Shown here one piece after another: positions 19,449 through 28,737 of a stretch of 64,000 bases of DNA (positions are counted from its first letter, which is position 1; every line of letters starts with the position of its first letter). The position numbers and the translations under genes are program-made. This DNA is from a virus. Lineage: Duplodnaviria; Caudoviricetes. Location: positions 160,001-224,000 of the IMG/VR virus record IMGVR_UViG_3300010167_000010; one strand, written 5' to 3'. Below the pieces are notes generated by a model. That model searched no databases, had not been told where the DNA came from, and worked only from the letters and a program-made list of their open reading frames with translations.

Positions 19449-21269
19449 ATGAAAAAAAGAATAAGTCTATTAGTAAAAATTAATGGCATAACGTCTATAT
19501 TATTGTTAACTTCAATAATTATATTGTCAATCATAAATATACAATCATTAATTGATGCAAGCAAAGAAACATCAATAATGATGGGAGAGGATAAACTAGT
19601 AAGTTGTATGTATTCATTTGAATATAGATTAAATCAAGAATATGGAAAAATATTTTTATTGGATAATGATTTAATTTCTGAAAATGGAAATTCTATTTCA
19701 AATGATTTTGCTGTTATAGATGATATATCTAAAAATTTAGGTATTCGTGCAACTATTTATATTCGAGAAAATAATGATTTTAGAAGAATAAATACTAGTA
19801 AAATTGATTTACAAGGAAATAGACCAATAAATACAAGATTAGGAGAAAGAGAAATAATTAATTCTATTTTATCTGGAAATTCTTATATTGGTTATACTAC
19901 TATTTTTGGTAATAATTATTTAGCATTTTATAAACCTTTATTTGAATACGGAACTCAAAACGTAATTGGAATAGCTTTTGCTGGTTCTGAACTAGCTGAT
20001 ATAGAAAATTTCATTGATTCTATTATAAAAAATAAAATAATTTTATTAATTTTTAAAACTTTAGCTATTTTATTTGTATCAGTAATAGCAAATATATTAT
20101 TTTGTAGATTTATTTTACTCAAACCAATAAAAGAAACAAACAAAATTTTAAAACACATTGGTGAAGGTGATCTTACTAAAAAAATGGAAGTTAAAAATAA
20201 TGATGAAATTGGTGAAATGCAAGAATATATTAATACAACAATTCAAAATATAAAACATTTAGTAAATACTATAAAACAAGAAGTAAATAAATCTGAAGAA
20301 ATTGGTCATGATTTATCTGCAAATTTAACTCAGACTGCAGCAGCTGTAAATGAAATATCTGCTAATATGCAAAGTATTAAAGAAAGAATTATTAGTCAAG
20401 CTGCTTCTGTAACAGAAACAAAAGCAACTATGGAACAAATTGTTACTAATATTGATAAATTAGACGATAGTATTGAACACCAAGCAAACTCAGTTTCACA
20501 GTCATCTTCTGCTATAGAACAGATGCTTGCCAATATTCAATCAGTAACACAAACACTTGTGAAAAATGGTGATAACGTTAAAGCACTCTTAACTGCTTCA
20601 GATATTGGTCATAAAGGATTACAAAATGTTTCTGAAACAGTAAATGAAGTTACAAAAGAATCAGAACAATTATTAGAAATAAATAAAATTATTCAAGATA
20701 TTGCATCTCAAACTAATCTTTTATCTATGAATGCAGCTATCGAAGCTGCACATGCTGGAGATGCAGGAAAAGGATTCGCGGTTGTAGCAGAAGAAATTAG
20801 AAAATTAGCAGATAGCTCGTCGCAACAATCTAATGTAATTAAACAAGTACTAAAAAAAATTATGGGTGACATAGAATCAGCTACTAAACTTGTTGCAGAT
20901 GTTTTAACAAAATTTGATTTAGTAGATGAGAATGTAAAAACGGTTGCCGAACAAGAAGATAGTATCCGTTGTTCTATGGAAGAACAATCAGTTGGTAGTA
21001 AACAAATTCTTGAATCTATAAGTAAAGTTAATGAAGTATCTCAACAAGTTAAACATGGTTCTAAAGAGATGTTAGAAGGTTCATCTGAAGTAATACGAGA
21101 AAGTAAAGATTTAGAAAGAGTTACTCAAGAAATATCTAGTAATATAAATGAGATGGCAGCAGGCGTCGACCAAATAAATATTGCTGTTCATCAAATAAGT
21201 GAGTTAGGTACTAAAAATAAAGAACAAACTAGAATATTATTAGAAGAAATTAGTAAATTTACTGTTTAG
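19449..21269 (+). CDS. methyl-accepting chemotaxis protein (Cache-HAMP-MCP signal)
   Basis: Two TMs, GDLT...NDEIGEM HAMP, QTNLLSMNAAIEAAHAGDAGKGFAVVAEEIRKLA tip; GGAG SD. Confidence 0.95.
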   Translation: MKKRISLLVKINGITSILLLTSIIILSIINIQSLIDASKETSIMMGEDKLVSCMYSFEYRLNQEYGKIFLLDNDLISENGNSISNDFAVIDDISKNLGIRATIYIRENNDFRRINTSKIDLQGNRPINTRLGEREIINSILSGNSYIGYTTIFGNNYLAFYKPLFEYGTQNVIGIAFAGSELADIENFIDSIIKNKIILLIFKTLAILFVSVIANILFCRFILLKPIKETNKILKHIGEGDLTKKMEVKNNDEIGEMQEYINTTIQNIKHLVNTIKQEVNKSEEIGHDLSANLTQTAAAVNEISANMQSIKERIISQAASVTETKATMEQIVTNIDKLDDSIEHQANSVSQSSSAIEQMLANIQSVTQTLVKNGDNVKALLTASDIGHKGLQNVSETVNEVTKESEQLLEINKIIQDIASQTNLLSMNAAIEAAHAGDAGKGFAVVAEEIRKLADSSSQQSNVIKQVLKKIMGDIESATKLVADVLTKFDLVDENVKTVAEQEDSIRCSMEEQSVGSKQILESISKVNEVSQQVKHGSKEMLEGSSEVIRESKDLERVTQEISSNINEMAAGVDQINIAVHQISELGTKNKEQTRILLEEISKFTV

Positions 21270-22231
21270 CTTTTCCCAAAAAATTGTTTAAACGGTATTC
21301 CGTAGATTGATTTATGTATCATATCATTTATAGTTTTATTTTCTGGGTTACTATGAATATATGGTTCTAAATTTTTTTCTGATAGAGAAGACCTTATTAC
21401 CCTAATATTTGTATATAATTTTTCTAATATTGGTGTTTTAAGATCTACTATTGCTAAAGTTAAATATAAAATATCAAAAGCTGTTTTATCAGTTTTCTTA
21501 TTTAATTGTTGAAAGTTAGCTGTTTTAAATTGTTGTATTGCTTCATTTAAAGTTATTTCACTTTTAGATAATTCTTGTAAATAATTACGGCACAATATTT
21601 TTATATTTGTATTAAATTTTACTTTTTTCATAAAACAGGCGCCAACAATATTATCAGATTGATCTCCCAATAATGCTTTATACATTGTATTAGCTGCAAT
21701 GGTTGGACTAAATTGAAATAATTTTTCAAATTGTTCTTTGGTAAATATTTTATCAAAGCCCTCATTAATCATATGAACATTAAAATTTATATATCTAGCG
21801 AAGTCGAGATCATTAGAAATAAGAGCTATTTTTTTATCTTTAAATTGTTCTAATAATGGTTCTATATAATCATCAGCTTCATGTTCATCTGAATATATTA
21901 ATTTTATTTTATCCCCTCTATATAAATAATATTTTCGTAATAGTTCTATAGTTTCTAAATATAACGGTGAATAAGTTCTATTAGCTTTGTAATCTGTTAA
22001 TATTTTTTTTCTTTCATTAAGAGAAAAATAAAAATTTTTAGATTCACCTAAATCTGAATAACTAATTGGATCAAATAAAATATAAATTTCACCTTCTTCT
22101 TTTAAATGACCTTTAATATCTCCCTCTATATAATTTATAATTTTTTTAATAATTTCTAATGATGTTCTTAAACTCTTTTTTAATTTATAAAATAGATTAG
22201 CTGAATCAATTACTATTACATCATATGTCAA
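21266..22231 (-). CDS. 5'-3' exonuclease / flap endonuclease (T4 RNase H-like)
   Basis: IDSAN, YKANR, EADD, SNDLD, LLGDQSDNIVG; AAGGAG SD then TTG at 22231. Confidence 0.9.
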   Translation of the reverse strand: MTYDVIVIDSANLFYKLKKSLRTSLEIIKKIINYIEGDIKGHLKEEGEIYILFDPISYSDLGESKNFYFSLNERKKILTDYKANRTYSPLYLETIELLRKYYLYRGDKIKLIYSDEHEADDYIEPLLEQFKDKKIALISNDLDFARYINFNVHMINEGFDKIFTKEQFEKLFQFSPTIAANTMYKALLGDQSDNIVGACFMKKVKFNTNIKILCRNYLQELSKSEITLNEAIQQFKTANFQQLNKKTDKTAFDILYLTLAIVDLKTPILEKLYTNIRVIRSSLSEKNLEPYIHSNPENKTINDMIHKSIYGIPFKQFFGKS

Positions 22232-22257
22232 AATTGTAGCTCCTTTAAAACGACAAT

Positions 22258-22278
22258 AGTGCACATCTATTGTGCACT
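22258..22278 (-). promoter_or_regulatory. hairpin in 5' leader of the exonuclease gene
   Basis: AGTGCACA-N5-TGTGCACT between a GTTAATAT motif (22294-22301) and the SD. Confidence 0.45.
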
Positions 22279-22312
22279 GCTATCTTTGAGTATATATTAA
22301 CTTAAACTTTTA

Positions 22313-22516
22313 TTATCCGCGGATTTTGTTTAAAATAGTTGCCTTATCACCTTGATCATTAACTCTTATATCTTGTCGTTCTTTGAGTTGATCAACTTCT
22401 TGTCTTGTCATTTGAGATTTTTGGCCACTATTAGTTACCTCAACTAATCGTTCTTGTGTATGTTGTGGCTCCGGGCTCTTATTTTCTTGTCCTTCAATTT
22501 CTATAAGTCTTTGCAT
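22313..22516 (-). CDS. small hypothetical protein
   Basis: AGGAG SD; repeated RLIE/RLVE. Confidence 0.7.
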   Translation of the reverse strand: MQRLIEIEGQENKSPEPQHTQERLVEVTNSGQKSQMTRQEVDQLKERQDIRVNDQGDKATILNKIRG

Positions 22517-22534
22517 ATCGTTTTCTCCTAATAT

Positions 22535-23038
22535 TTAATTAGTAATATCTTTTTTAAATTTTTGACGTTCTTTTATTACGTTAGGATCTGCCTCACCATA
22601 AATAAGTCTTAAAAGCCTATTCATATCAGTTCTAGGATCTTCTTCAATTGGCTCATCAAACTCATTATAACCAAAATAAGCCTGGTCATTTTCTGCAATA
22701 GCATCAAACATACATCTTAAATCAGTACAGTCTTGATCATCAAAATCACCAATAAGAGCACCTTTTTTCCATTGACCATTTTCTTGATAACGATATATAA
22801 CTGCAGGAGCCGATGTAATTCCTAAGTTAGAAAATATTTTTGCTGCTATAGTTTCACCTGGTTTAAATGTATACCAACCTACTGTATCTAACATATTTCC
22901 AAATGCTTTTTCTGCATTTCTTTTTAATTGTTCACAACGAATACAATTAGGTGTTTTTATTACTATAAAGTATACTTTTTCTTCAATATTTCCACCTTCT
23001 GACCAAACTTCTAGTTGTGGTGTTGTAATTTCTTTCAT
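22535..23038 (-). CDS. thioredoxin-fold protein
   Basis: TPNCIRCEQL CxxC and GITSAP cis-Pro-type motif. Confidence 0.7.
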   Translation of the reverse strand: MKEITTPQLEVWSEGGNIEEKVYFIVIKTPNCIRCEQLKRNAEKAFGNMLDTVGWYTFKPGETIAAKIFSNLGITSAPAVIYRYQENGQWKKGALIGDFDDQDCTDLRCMFDAIAENDQAYFGYNEFDEPIEEDPRTDMNRLLRLIYGEADPNVIKERQKFKKDITN

Positions 23039-23547
23039 TTTTCAATCCTTAATTTTAATGTTTCTAATTCGTTTTTTATATCTACAATCTCACCTTTAAG
23101 ATGAGTATTTACTCTTTCATCAGTAATTCCGTCATATTCAGATTTATCCCAATTAGTTCCAGTTTTCCAACCTCGAATATAACCACTTTTATAAGCTTTA
23201 TCAACAAACTCTTTAGCTTGATCTTTAAAAATTAAATTATTAGTTTGCATTTGTAAAATTTCTTCTCTTCCTCGTTTAATACCTTCTTCTAAACCACGTT
23301 CATATAAAATTTCTTCTGCTTCGTCTTTACCATTTTGGTAACCTTCTTCGACACCAGATTCTTTTGCTTCGTCTATTTCATATTCATGATCTTTTATAAA
23401 TTCGTCATTGACGTCTTCTTTAAAAGACGTCAAAATTCCAATAATAATATCGTGTACTTCATCTACATTTGGGATTTGATATTTTTTACAAAACAAATCA
23501 ATCTCGTACATCCCTGAAGTAGGGATGTCGTGCCAAGTTATTCTCAT
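23035..23547 (-). CDS. hypothetical protein with GxxxG repeats
   Basis: SGVEEGYQNG, RGLEEGIKRG, SGYIRG; ATGA coupling. Confidence 0.65.
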   Translation of the reverse strand: MRITWHDIPTSGMYEIDLFCKKYQIPNVDEVHDIIIGILTSFKEDVNDEFIKDHEYEIDEAKESGVEEGYQNGKDEAEEILYERGLEEGIKRGREEILQMQTNNLIFKDQAKEFVDKAYKSGYIRGWKTGTNWDKSEYDGITDERVNTHLKGEIVDIKNELETLKLRIEK

Positions 23548-23738
23548 TTTTTAAAGTATTTTTTATATAAAACCATCGAACTAACAAATGCAGAAAATGC
23601 ACCGCTTACACAAGCTGTTATAATATTTCCCTGCACAATATCTGCTGGATTACCAAATAATAAACCAACAACCAAAAACGTGAAGATGCCGCTCATGAGC
23701 AAACTCATGAATGTGTTCATAAATATATCTTTTTTCAT
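23544..23738 (-). CDS. small two-TM membrane protein
   Basis: Two hydrophobic stretches; GTTAATATAAATTAT precedes ATG 23738. Confidence 0.6.
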   Translation of the reverse strand: MKKDIFMNTFMSLLMSGIFTFLVVGLLFGNPADIVQGNIITACVSGAFSAFVSSMVLYKKYFKK

Positions 23739-23754
23739 ATAATTTATATTAACC

Positions 23755-24963
23755 TTAATTTCCACCACCACGCATAATTGCAAGTTGACCTGTAATTCCG
23801 ATAGATTTAATGATTCCTTGAACTTGTTCTTCTAATTTGTCAGCTCTATTTTGTAATACAGTTGGATCTAATTGACCAGCAATATCTTGTTTAACTAAAC
23901 TTCTAATCATTGCAAAATTGTTTAATACTTCAACTCTAGCCATTGGTCTAGCAATAGTTTCTAAATCTTCAAATTTTATATCGTCCCAATTTCTAGATGC
24001 TTTTAACCATTTAAAATTAAGATTACCGCCAATAGTGCTAAAACCATAAGCGTATAATTTACCGTCTATTTTCTTACGACTACATTTTTCTCTTCTGAAA
24101 AAATTCAAAAATCCTTGATTAGCTGCTAAAGCATCTACTACTGTATTTCTCCATTCTAAACCAACAAACCCTGGAACTTGTTTTCCTCTATATCGTACGC
24201 CTCTACCAAATCTTCCACCACCAATACCACCAGCATGCATTCCGCCCATCATCATTTGTTCATTATAAAATGCAAAAGGGCTTCCTGAGTTTCCACCAAA
24301 ACCTGCTCCACTTCCCGGAACTGTATAATATGGTACACAAGCATAAGCATCTATTGGATAAGGAACCATAAATTCAGCTCCCCTAGAAACTTGTATTCCA
24401 GATTGTTCTTCAATTATTGGTCTAAAAGTAAAATAACGTTGCATAGCTGGTTTAATACAATATTTAATTATTTCATTTTTTGCTAATTCATTATCAGCAA
24501 ATGTTACAAATGGGAAACCAATTGCAGTTAAAATAGTTTCTAATTCATCATCATCAATATTTATACAACCATTATCAATGGTAATTTGGTGATTATTAAA
24601 TGGAATAAAGTTTTTATCAGGCATAAAATTAGCACGCCATTTCGCAGGTAATACTACAAAAAATGGAACCATTATTCCTTCGATAGCTGTATATTGTCCA
24701 GTTATATCATCAATTTGCATAATTGACCAATCAATTGGAAAACGACTAACATTATCAACAACATAATTATGAGCTACATAAATAAAATTATTATGCAATG
24801 GAGATTTAGATAACCAATCACCATCTGAAGCATCAACTCTAACAACGCTATCTTTAGCATAAAATTTTGTGTCTTTATTTACTGTAACTTGGCCCATCGA
24901 CCACCATGTTTGAAAAAGTTCATTTTCATCACATTGCATCAAATATGTGTGTGCATCTTTCAT
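23755..24963 (-). CDS. neck / head-tail adaptor protein (T4 gp13-like) with N-terminal extension
   Basis: ILTAIGFPFV...CIKPAMQRYF recalls the gp13 N-terminal LGxP...ALxxY pattern; late motif 13 nt before ATG 24963. Confidence 0.55.
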   Translation of the reverse strand: MKDAHTYLMQCDENELFQTWWSMGQVTVNKDTKFYAKDSVVRVDASDGDWLSKSPLHNNFIYVAHNYVVDNVSRFPIDWSIMQIDDITGQYTAIEGIMVPFFVVLPAKWRANFMPDKNFIPFNNHQITIDNGCINIDDDELETILTAIGFPFVTFADNELAKNEIIKYCIKPAMQRYFTFRPIIEEQSGIQVSRGAEFMVPYPIDAYACVPYYTVPGSGAGFGGNSGSPFAFYNEQMMMGGMHAGGIGGGRFGRGVRYRGKQVPGFVGLEWRNTVVDALAANQGFLNFFRREKCSRKKIDGKLYAYGFSTIGGNLNFKWLKASRNWDDIKFEDLETIARPMARVEVLNNFAMIRSLVKQDIAGQLDPTVLQNRADKLEEQVQGIIKSIGITGQLAIMRGGGN

Positions 24964-24982
24964 CTTATTATTTAGTTCTATT

Positions 24983-25026
24983 TTGAACATATCTTACTTA
25001 AATCTTATATAATATTTGTAAGGGAG
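24983..25026 (+). promoter_or_regulatory. early-type promoter TTGAAC-N15-CTTATATAATATTTGTAAGGGA
   Basis: Near-identical to 1682 and 60586 copies. Confidence 0.75.
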
Positions 25027-25034
25027 ATTACACA

Positions 25035-25439
25035 ATGAGAATGATAGAAAGCGATATTAAATTATTTCGTAATGAATTCGCCAGCGCAATGAGGGCTCTC
25101 GAAAAGAGATTTAATATTTCTGTAAATATTGGAAATATTTCATATAATTCTGCTGGCTTTAATTCGAAGTTAACTGTAAAATGTATCGATTCAAATGGTG
25201 AAACAATGACAGACCCACGTGCTGAAGCTAATGCAAAATGGGCTGTAAGAGGAAAAGGAATTGATCCCTGTACTTCCAATGTTATTGGAGAATTTTGGGT
25301 GACCCGTTCTGGCGAGACAGTAAAAGTTATCGATTATAAAACTAAAAATAGTCGTTATCCTCTCATTTATGTTAAAGATTCAGAACACGATAATCGTCAG
25401 TTTAAGGCGCCCGTATCTGTTTTAGTAAGGAGAGCATAA
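25035..25439 (+). CDS. early hypothetical protein
   Basis: 134-aa ORF behind early promoter and GGGAG SD. Confidence 0.75.
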   Translation: MRMIESDIKLFRNEFASAMRALEKRFNISVNIGNISYNSAGFNSKLTVKCIDSNGETMTDPRAEANAKWAVRGKGIDPCTSNVIGEFWVTRSGETVKVIDYKTKNSRYPLIYVKDSEHDNRQFKAPVSVLVRRA

Positions 25440-25663
25440 TGGCTGAAAAATCTGGGTCCTTAATTACAATTAAGGCTGGTGGGCTAGGAACAATTATATT
25501 TGTTATATTTCTAATTTTGAAATTGACAGATAATGCCCCAGAATGGTTAACTTGGTTTTGGGTATTTTTCCCACTTTGGATTGGTTTTGCAATTGGATTT
25601 GGTATATTTATTTTATTTTTAGTAATAGCTGCAATTACTTTAATTATTTCAGAGAGGCTTTAA
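25439..25663 (+). CDS. small phage membrane protein (W-x-W-V-x-x-P-L-W type)
   Basis: IFLILKLT...WFWVFFPLWI. Confidence 0.75.
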   Translation: MAEKSGSLITIKAGGLGTIIFVIFLILKLTDNAPEWLTWFWVFFPLWIGFAIGFGIFILFLVIAAITLIISERL

Positions 25664-25664
25664 A

Positions 25665-25973
25665 ATGAAAGATGTAAAAGTCGGAGATATATTGGCAGGT
25701 TCTTGGGGATATTCAATGCGATTGTACACATTCGCCGAAGTTGAAAAGGTAACACCCAAACAGGTTGTGCTTCGTGAATTGGACAGAGAAACTGTTGGCG
25801 GAGAAATGTGGAATTTACATGTGCGACCAATAATGGGATCAACTGGAAATCATCTTGGAACTATAAGAGTAAAGAATCAACTTGATAAGGATTATGTTTG
25901 GATTCCAAAAATTAGATGTTTGATGTATAGATATAATCCAGATGAGAAATACACAGAAGACCACATGGATTGA
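25665..25973 (+). CDS. early hypothetical protein
   Basis: KVGDILAGSWGYSM; GAGG SD. Confidence 0.75.
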   Translation: MKDVKVGDILAGSWGYSMRLYTFAEVEKVTPKQVVLRELDRETVGGEMWNLHVRPIMGSTGNHLGTIRVKNQLDKDYVWIPKIRCLMYRYNPDEKYTEDHMD

Positions 25974-25993
25974 AAAATAATTTAAGAAAAAAT

Positions 25994-26018
25994 AAGCCCC
26001 TCAACGAGGGGCTTTTTT
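25994..26018 (+). terminator. intrinsic terminator, probably bidirectional
   Basis: AAGCCCCTC-AAC-GAGGGGCTT plus T-run between convergent genes. Confidence 0.85.
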
Positions 26019-26026
26019 ATTTTAAA

Positions 26027-27010
26027 TTATGGTCTTCTATGGTCTTCTTTTTCCCAAGGTTGATGGCTTCCGTGGAAACCTACCCATCTTAATGACATTG
26101 TTTCATTTGTAACTAATCCAAATGGATTATTTATAGTTATTGCTTTTACATATGCATTAAAACCAATTGCTGTTGGTGTTAATGTTAAAGTCATTACTGG
26201 TGGAACTCCTTCGCCTGTTCCTTGAATAATTGTTTTATCTGTTTCTAATACGATGTCAACTTCACCATCATTATCAGTTATTGATTCGATAGTAAAATGC
26301 CAATCTGGGAAAAGTTGTTTAGAATAAAGAACTACTTTTCCTGCAAATGATGCCCAACCATCAAATTTGAAATCAAAATACCAACCTCTTCCGAGTTCAA
26401 GGTATCTACCATTTCTTAAAGTTGGATCAAATTCAAATCTTGCTGTATAAAAAATTAATGATGTAAATGGATCATATACTTCTATTGTAGTAACTTTTTG
26501 TGTAGAAAGTAATTGTTCTCCTTTAAACCATCCGACAAATTTCCACCCAAATGGCTCATGTGCTGTAAATATTACAGAAGTTCCATTTCTTACATCTGCT
26601 TGTGCAGGTACTGCGTAAGCTCCAGATTCAGCGGCGCCGGGTGGATCTATATGTACTTGAAAGCCTGTCATTCTAACTGGTGCTGATACAGCTATTTTTC
26701 CCTTAACAAATTTAATTGTTGTTGGTTCATCTGTGTCTTCACCAAAAACTCCTGGCATTGTTAAAATTTTAGATGCTTCTGCAATAGAATTAGCAACTAC
26801 AGATACTGGAAAATCTCCTTCTGGTGTTGAAAAATATCCTGTATATTGATTAAGATGTTCTACTTGAGTTTTTTGTTTTGGTCTTCTTTGTAACATATTT
26901 GGGTCTTCGATTGGTTCAGTTGGAATATGAAATCCTGGAGGTCCTGGAAATTTTGGACCTCCTGACATATTACCTGGATGACCTCTCGATACTGGTGTTT
27001 TATGACTCAT
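26027..27010 (-). CDS. putative virion surface protein with an InlB-B/bacterial-repeat-like domain
   Basis: GTSVIFTAHEPFGWKFVGWF; late motif at 27026-27035 and AAGGAG SD. Confidence 0.55.
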   Translation of the reverse strand: MSHKTPVSRGHPGNMSGGPKFPGPPGFHIPTEPIEDPNMLQRRPKQKTQVEHLNQYTGYFSTPEGDFPVSVVANSIAEASKILTMPGVFGEDTDEPTTIKFVKGKIAVSAPVRMTGFQVHIDPPGAAESGAYAVPAQADVRNGTSVIFTAHEPFGWKFVGWFKGEQLLSTQKVTTIEVYDPFTSLIFYTARFEFDPTLRNGRYLELGRGWYFDFKFDGWASFAGKVVLYSKQLFPDWHFTIESITDNDGEVDIVLETDKTIIQGTGEGVPPVMTLTLTPTAIGFNAYVKAITINNPFGLVTNETMSLRWVGFHGSHQPWEKEDHRRP

Positions 27011-27037
27011 CTTTTTATCTCCTTATTTATTTAGTTA

Positions 27038-27118
27038 TTTACAATAAGAGAAGTATATTCTTTTAAAGTTAAAAGAATTCTTATTGTAAAAAAATATAAG
27101 ATTTTAACTTATTGTAAA
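27038..27118. repeat. nested palindrome plus third copy of CTTATTGTAAA
   Basis: TTTACAATAAGA (27038-49)/TCTTATTGTAAA (27079-90) enclosing ATTCTTTTAA-AG-TTAAAAGAAT; direct copy at 27108-27118. Confidence 0.8.
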
Positions 27119-27136
27119 AAATACTAAATTAATGTA

Positions 27137-27421
27137 ATGAAAAATAGAAGAAGAAATGAAATAATAGATCTTAATACAGGAGAACGATATATTAATGAAT
27201 CTTTTGTTGAAAAGACTTTAAGTGTTTCTAGATATTATATTCATAAGAGTTTAAAAGAACAAATACCAGTAAAAGGTGATAATATGTTTGCTTATTACTA
27301 TTATGGAATAAATATCGAAGAAATAAAAAACATCTATATGGCAAATTACACAAATAAAATTACAAGGAGCAATAAATGGAAAATACTAGAGAAGAAATTG
27401 GGCCAACAAACCCTAATTTAA
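27137..27421 (+). CDS. small NUMOD1/IENR1-like DNA-binding protein
   Basis: IIDLNTGERY...VEKTLSVSRYYIHKSLK pattern. Confidence 0.5.
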   Translation: MKNRRRNEIIDLNTGERYINESFVEKTLSVSRYYIHKSLKEQIPVKGDNMFAYYYYGINIEEIKNIYMANYTNKITRSNKWKILEKKLGQQTLI

Positions 27422-28491
27422 CAAAGTTAGAAAAAGCTAGAAAAGAATATGAAAACAAGCAAGCAATTCCAGACGGTTATATTGAAGTAGAATTATCAAC
27501 TCGAGGTTTTATTGGTGCACCCGAAAGGTTCTATATTAGAAACTTTAGTCCAGAAGATTTAATGAACTTAGGATTAGCTGATAGAGAAGATATTCCATTA
27601 AAATTAATTAAAGTTTTAGATAGTTTAATTTTTAATCCAAATCATGATCCAGTTTTATCTATTAAAAACTTTCATGAAAAAGAAGTTATAGAATTATTAT
27701 TATTACTTTATGAAACATTTTATACAACTGTATTCCCTAATCAAGAATGGATTCCAACAGAAGAAGATTGGGAATTCTTAAAGGAACAATGTGGTGGACA
27801 AGAGAGTGAAGAATTTAGAGCAAAAGAAAGAGCTCTTAAAAATAAAACTTGGAAGCCAGTATTTGATATTGATATTTCTAAATTAGAATTTCATGAAATA
27901 CCAAACGACGGAATAAAAACTAAAGCTAAAGTTGATAGAAAATATGGTGATAAACATTTTAGTGCTGTATTTACTTTACCAAAATTTGGTGATTTTATTA
28001 CTTTAAAACATTTTATTGATAGTATTTATAGAGAAGAAGACAAACGATATGCTCGTATTGCTGAAACTATTAAATTTAGAAAAGAAATGGAAGAAAAATT
28101 ACAACGTGGTGAAAATATAAATATGGCTTCAATTCCAAATGTCCCAAAAGCTGAATACGATAAGTATAAAGAATATGAAGTAGATAAATCATTATTTTCT
28201 ATTACAGCTTCAAAAGCATTATATTTAGCAGAAATTGATGGTCAAGATGTTTCTAAATGGAAATTAGAAGATAAACTTGAAATGGCCAAAGATGCTAGAT
28301 TAGATTATAGTGTATTCAAAATGGTTCAAGATCATTTTGATAAGTTAGAGTTCGGGCTAAAGGAGGAAATAACTGTTCGCGACCCCATAATAGATAAAGT
28401 CGTGCAACGGAAATATACGTTTCAACTCATTGATCTACTTACCGCCATTAGAGATACAGGAACTTCTCAAACTACTATATCTTTTGTCTAG
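27376..28491 (+). CDS. tail assembly chaperone / baseplate-hub-assembly-like protein
   Basis: AAGGAG SD; VELSTRG...FYIRNFSPED, FTLPKFGD pattern; followed by short overlapping +1-frame ORF. Confidence 0.5.
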   Translation: MENTREEIGPTNPNLTKLEKARKEYENKQAIPDGYIEVELSTRGFIGAPERFYIRNFSPEDLMNLGLADREDIPLKLIKVLDSLIFNPNHDPVLSIKNFHEKEVIELLLLLYETFYTTVFPNQEWIPTEEDWEFLKEQCGGQESEEFRAKERALKNKTWKPVFDIDISKLEFHEIPNDGIKTKAKVDRKYGDKHFSAVFTLPKFGDFITLKHFIDSIYREEDKRYARIAETIKFRKEMEEKLQRGENINMASIPNVPKAEYDKYKEYEVDKSLFSITASKALYLAEIDGQDVSKWKLEDKLEMAKDARLDYSVFKMVQDHFDKLEFGLKEEITVRDPIIDKVVQRKYTFQLIDLLTAIRDTGTSQTTISFV

Positions 28492-28723
28492 AGATTGCGG
28501 TTTTGGTTATGCCGAAATGATGGCAATGCCAACACATATTTTATTAGGATTATGGAGTGCAAAAAGAGGAGTGCTTGAAGAAGAAGCTGAAGAACAAAAG
28601 AAACAGCAACAAAGTCAATCAGCTGGAGGACAGCAGGCGCCTTCAATGAGCAGCATGATGTCACAAGCAAAAGGTATGATGCCAAAAACTCCAAGTATGC
28701 CTTCTGTTAGAATGCCAGGATAA
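28421..28723 (+). CDS. second tail-chaperone ORF (gpT/gp51-like), probably reached by +1 frameshift
   Basis: LLYLLSRDCGFGYAEMMAMP...EEEAEEQKK; +1 frame open from 28394, no ATG before the conserved-looking part; TTT-C at 28420-28423. Confidence 0.55.
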   Translation, partial: FNSLIYLPPLEIQELLKLLYLLSRDCGFGYAEMMAMPTHILLGLWSAKRGVLEEEAEEQKKQQQSQSAGGQQAPSMSSMMSQAKGMMPKTPSMPSVRMPG

Positions 28724-28737
28724 ATTTAATGGGGAGA

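Noticed and set aside
28430-28723. Met/Ser/Gln-rich small ORF as RiPP precursor for the radical SAM array
   Set aside because: Opposite strand to the adjacent arm and better explained as the frameshifted tail-chaperone ORF
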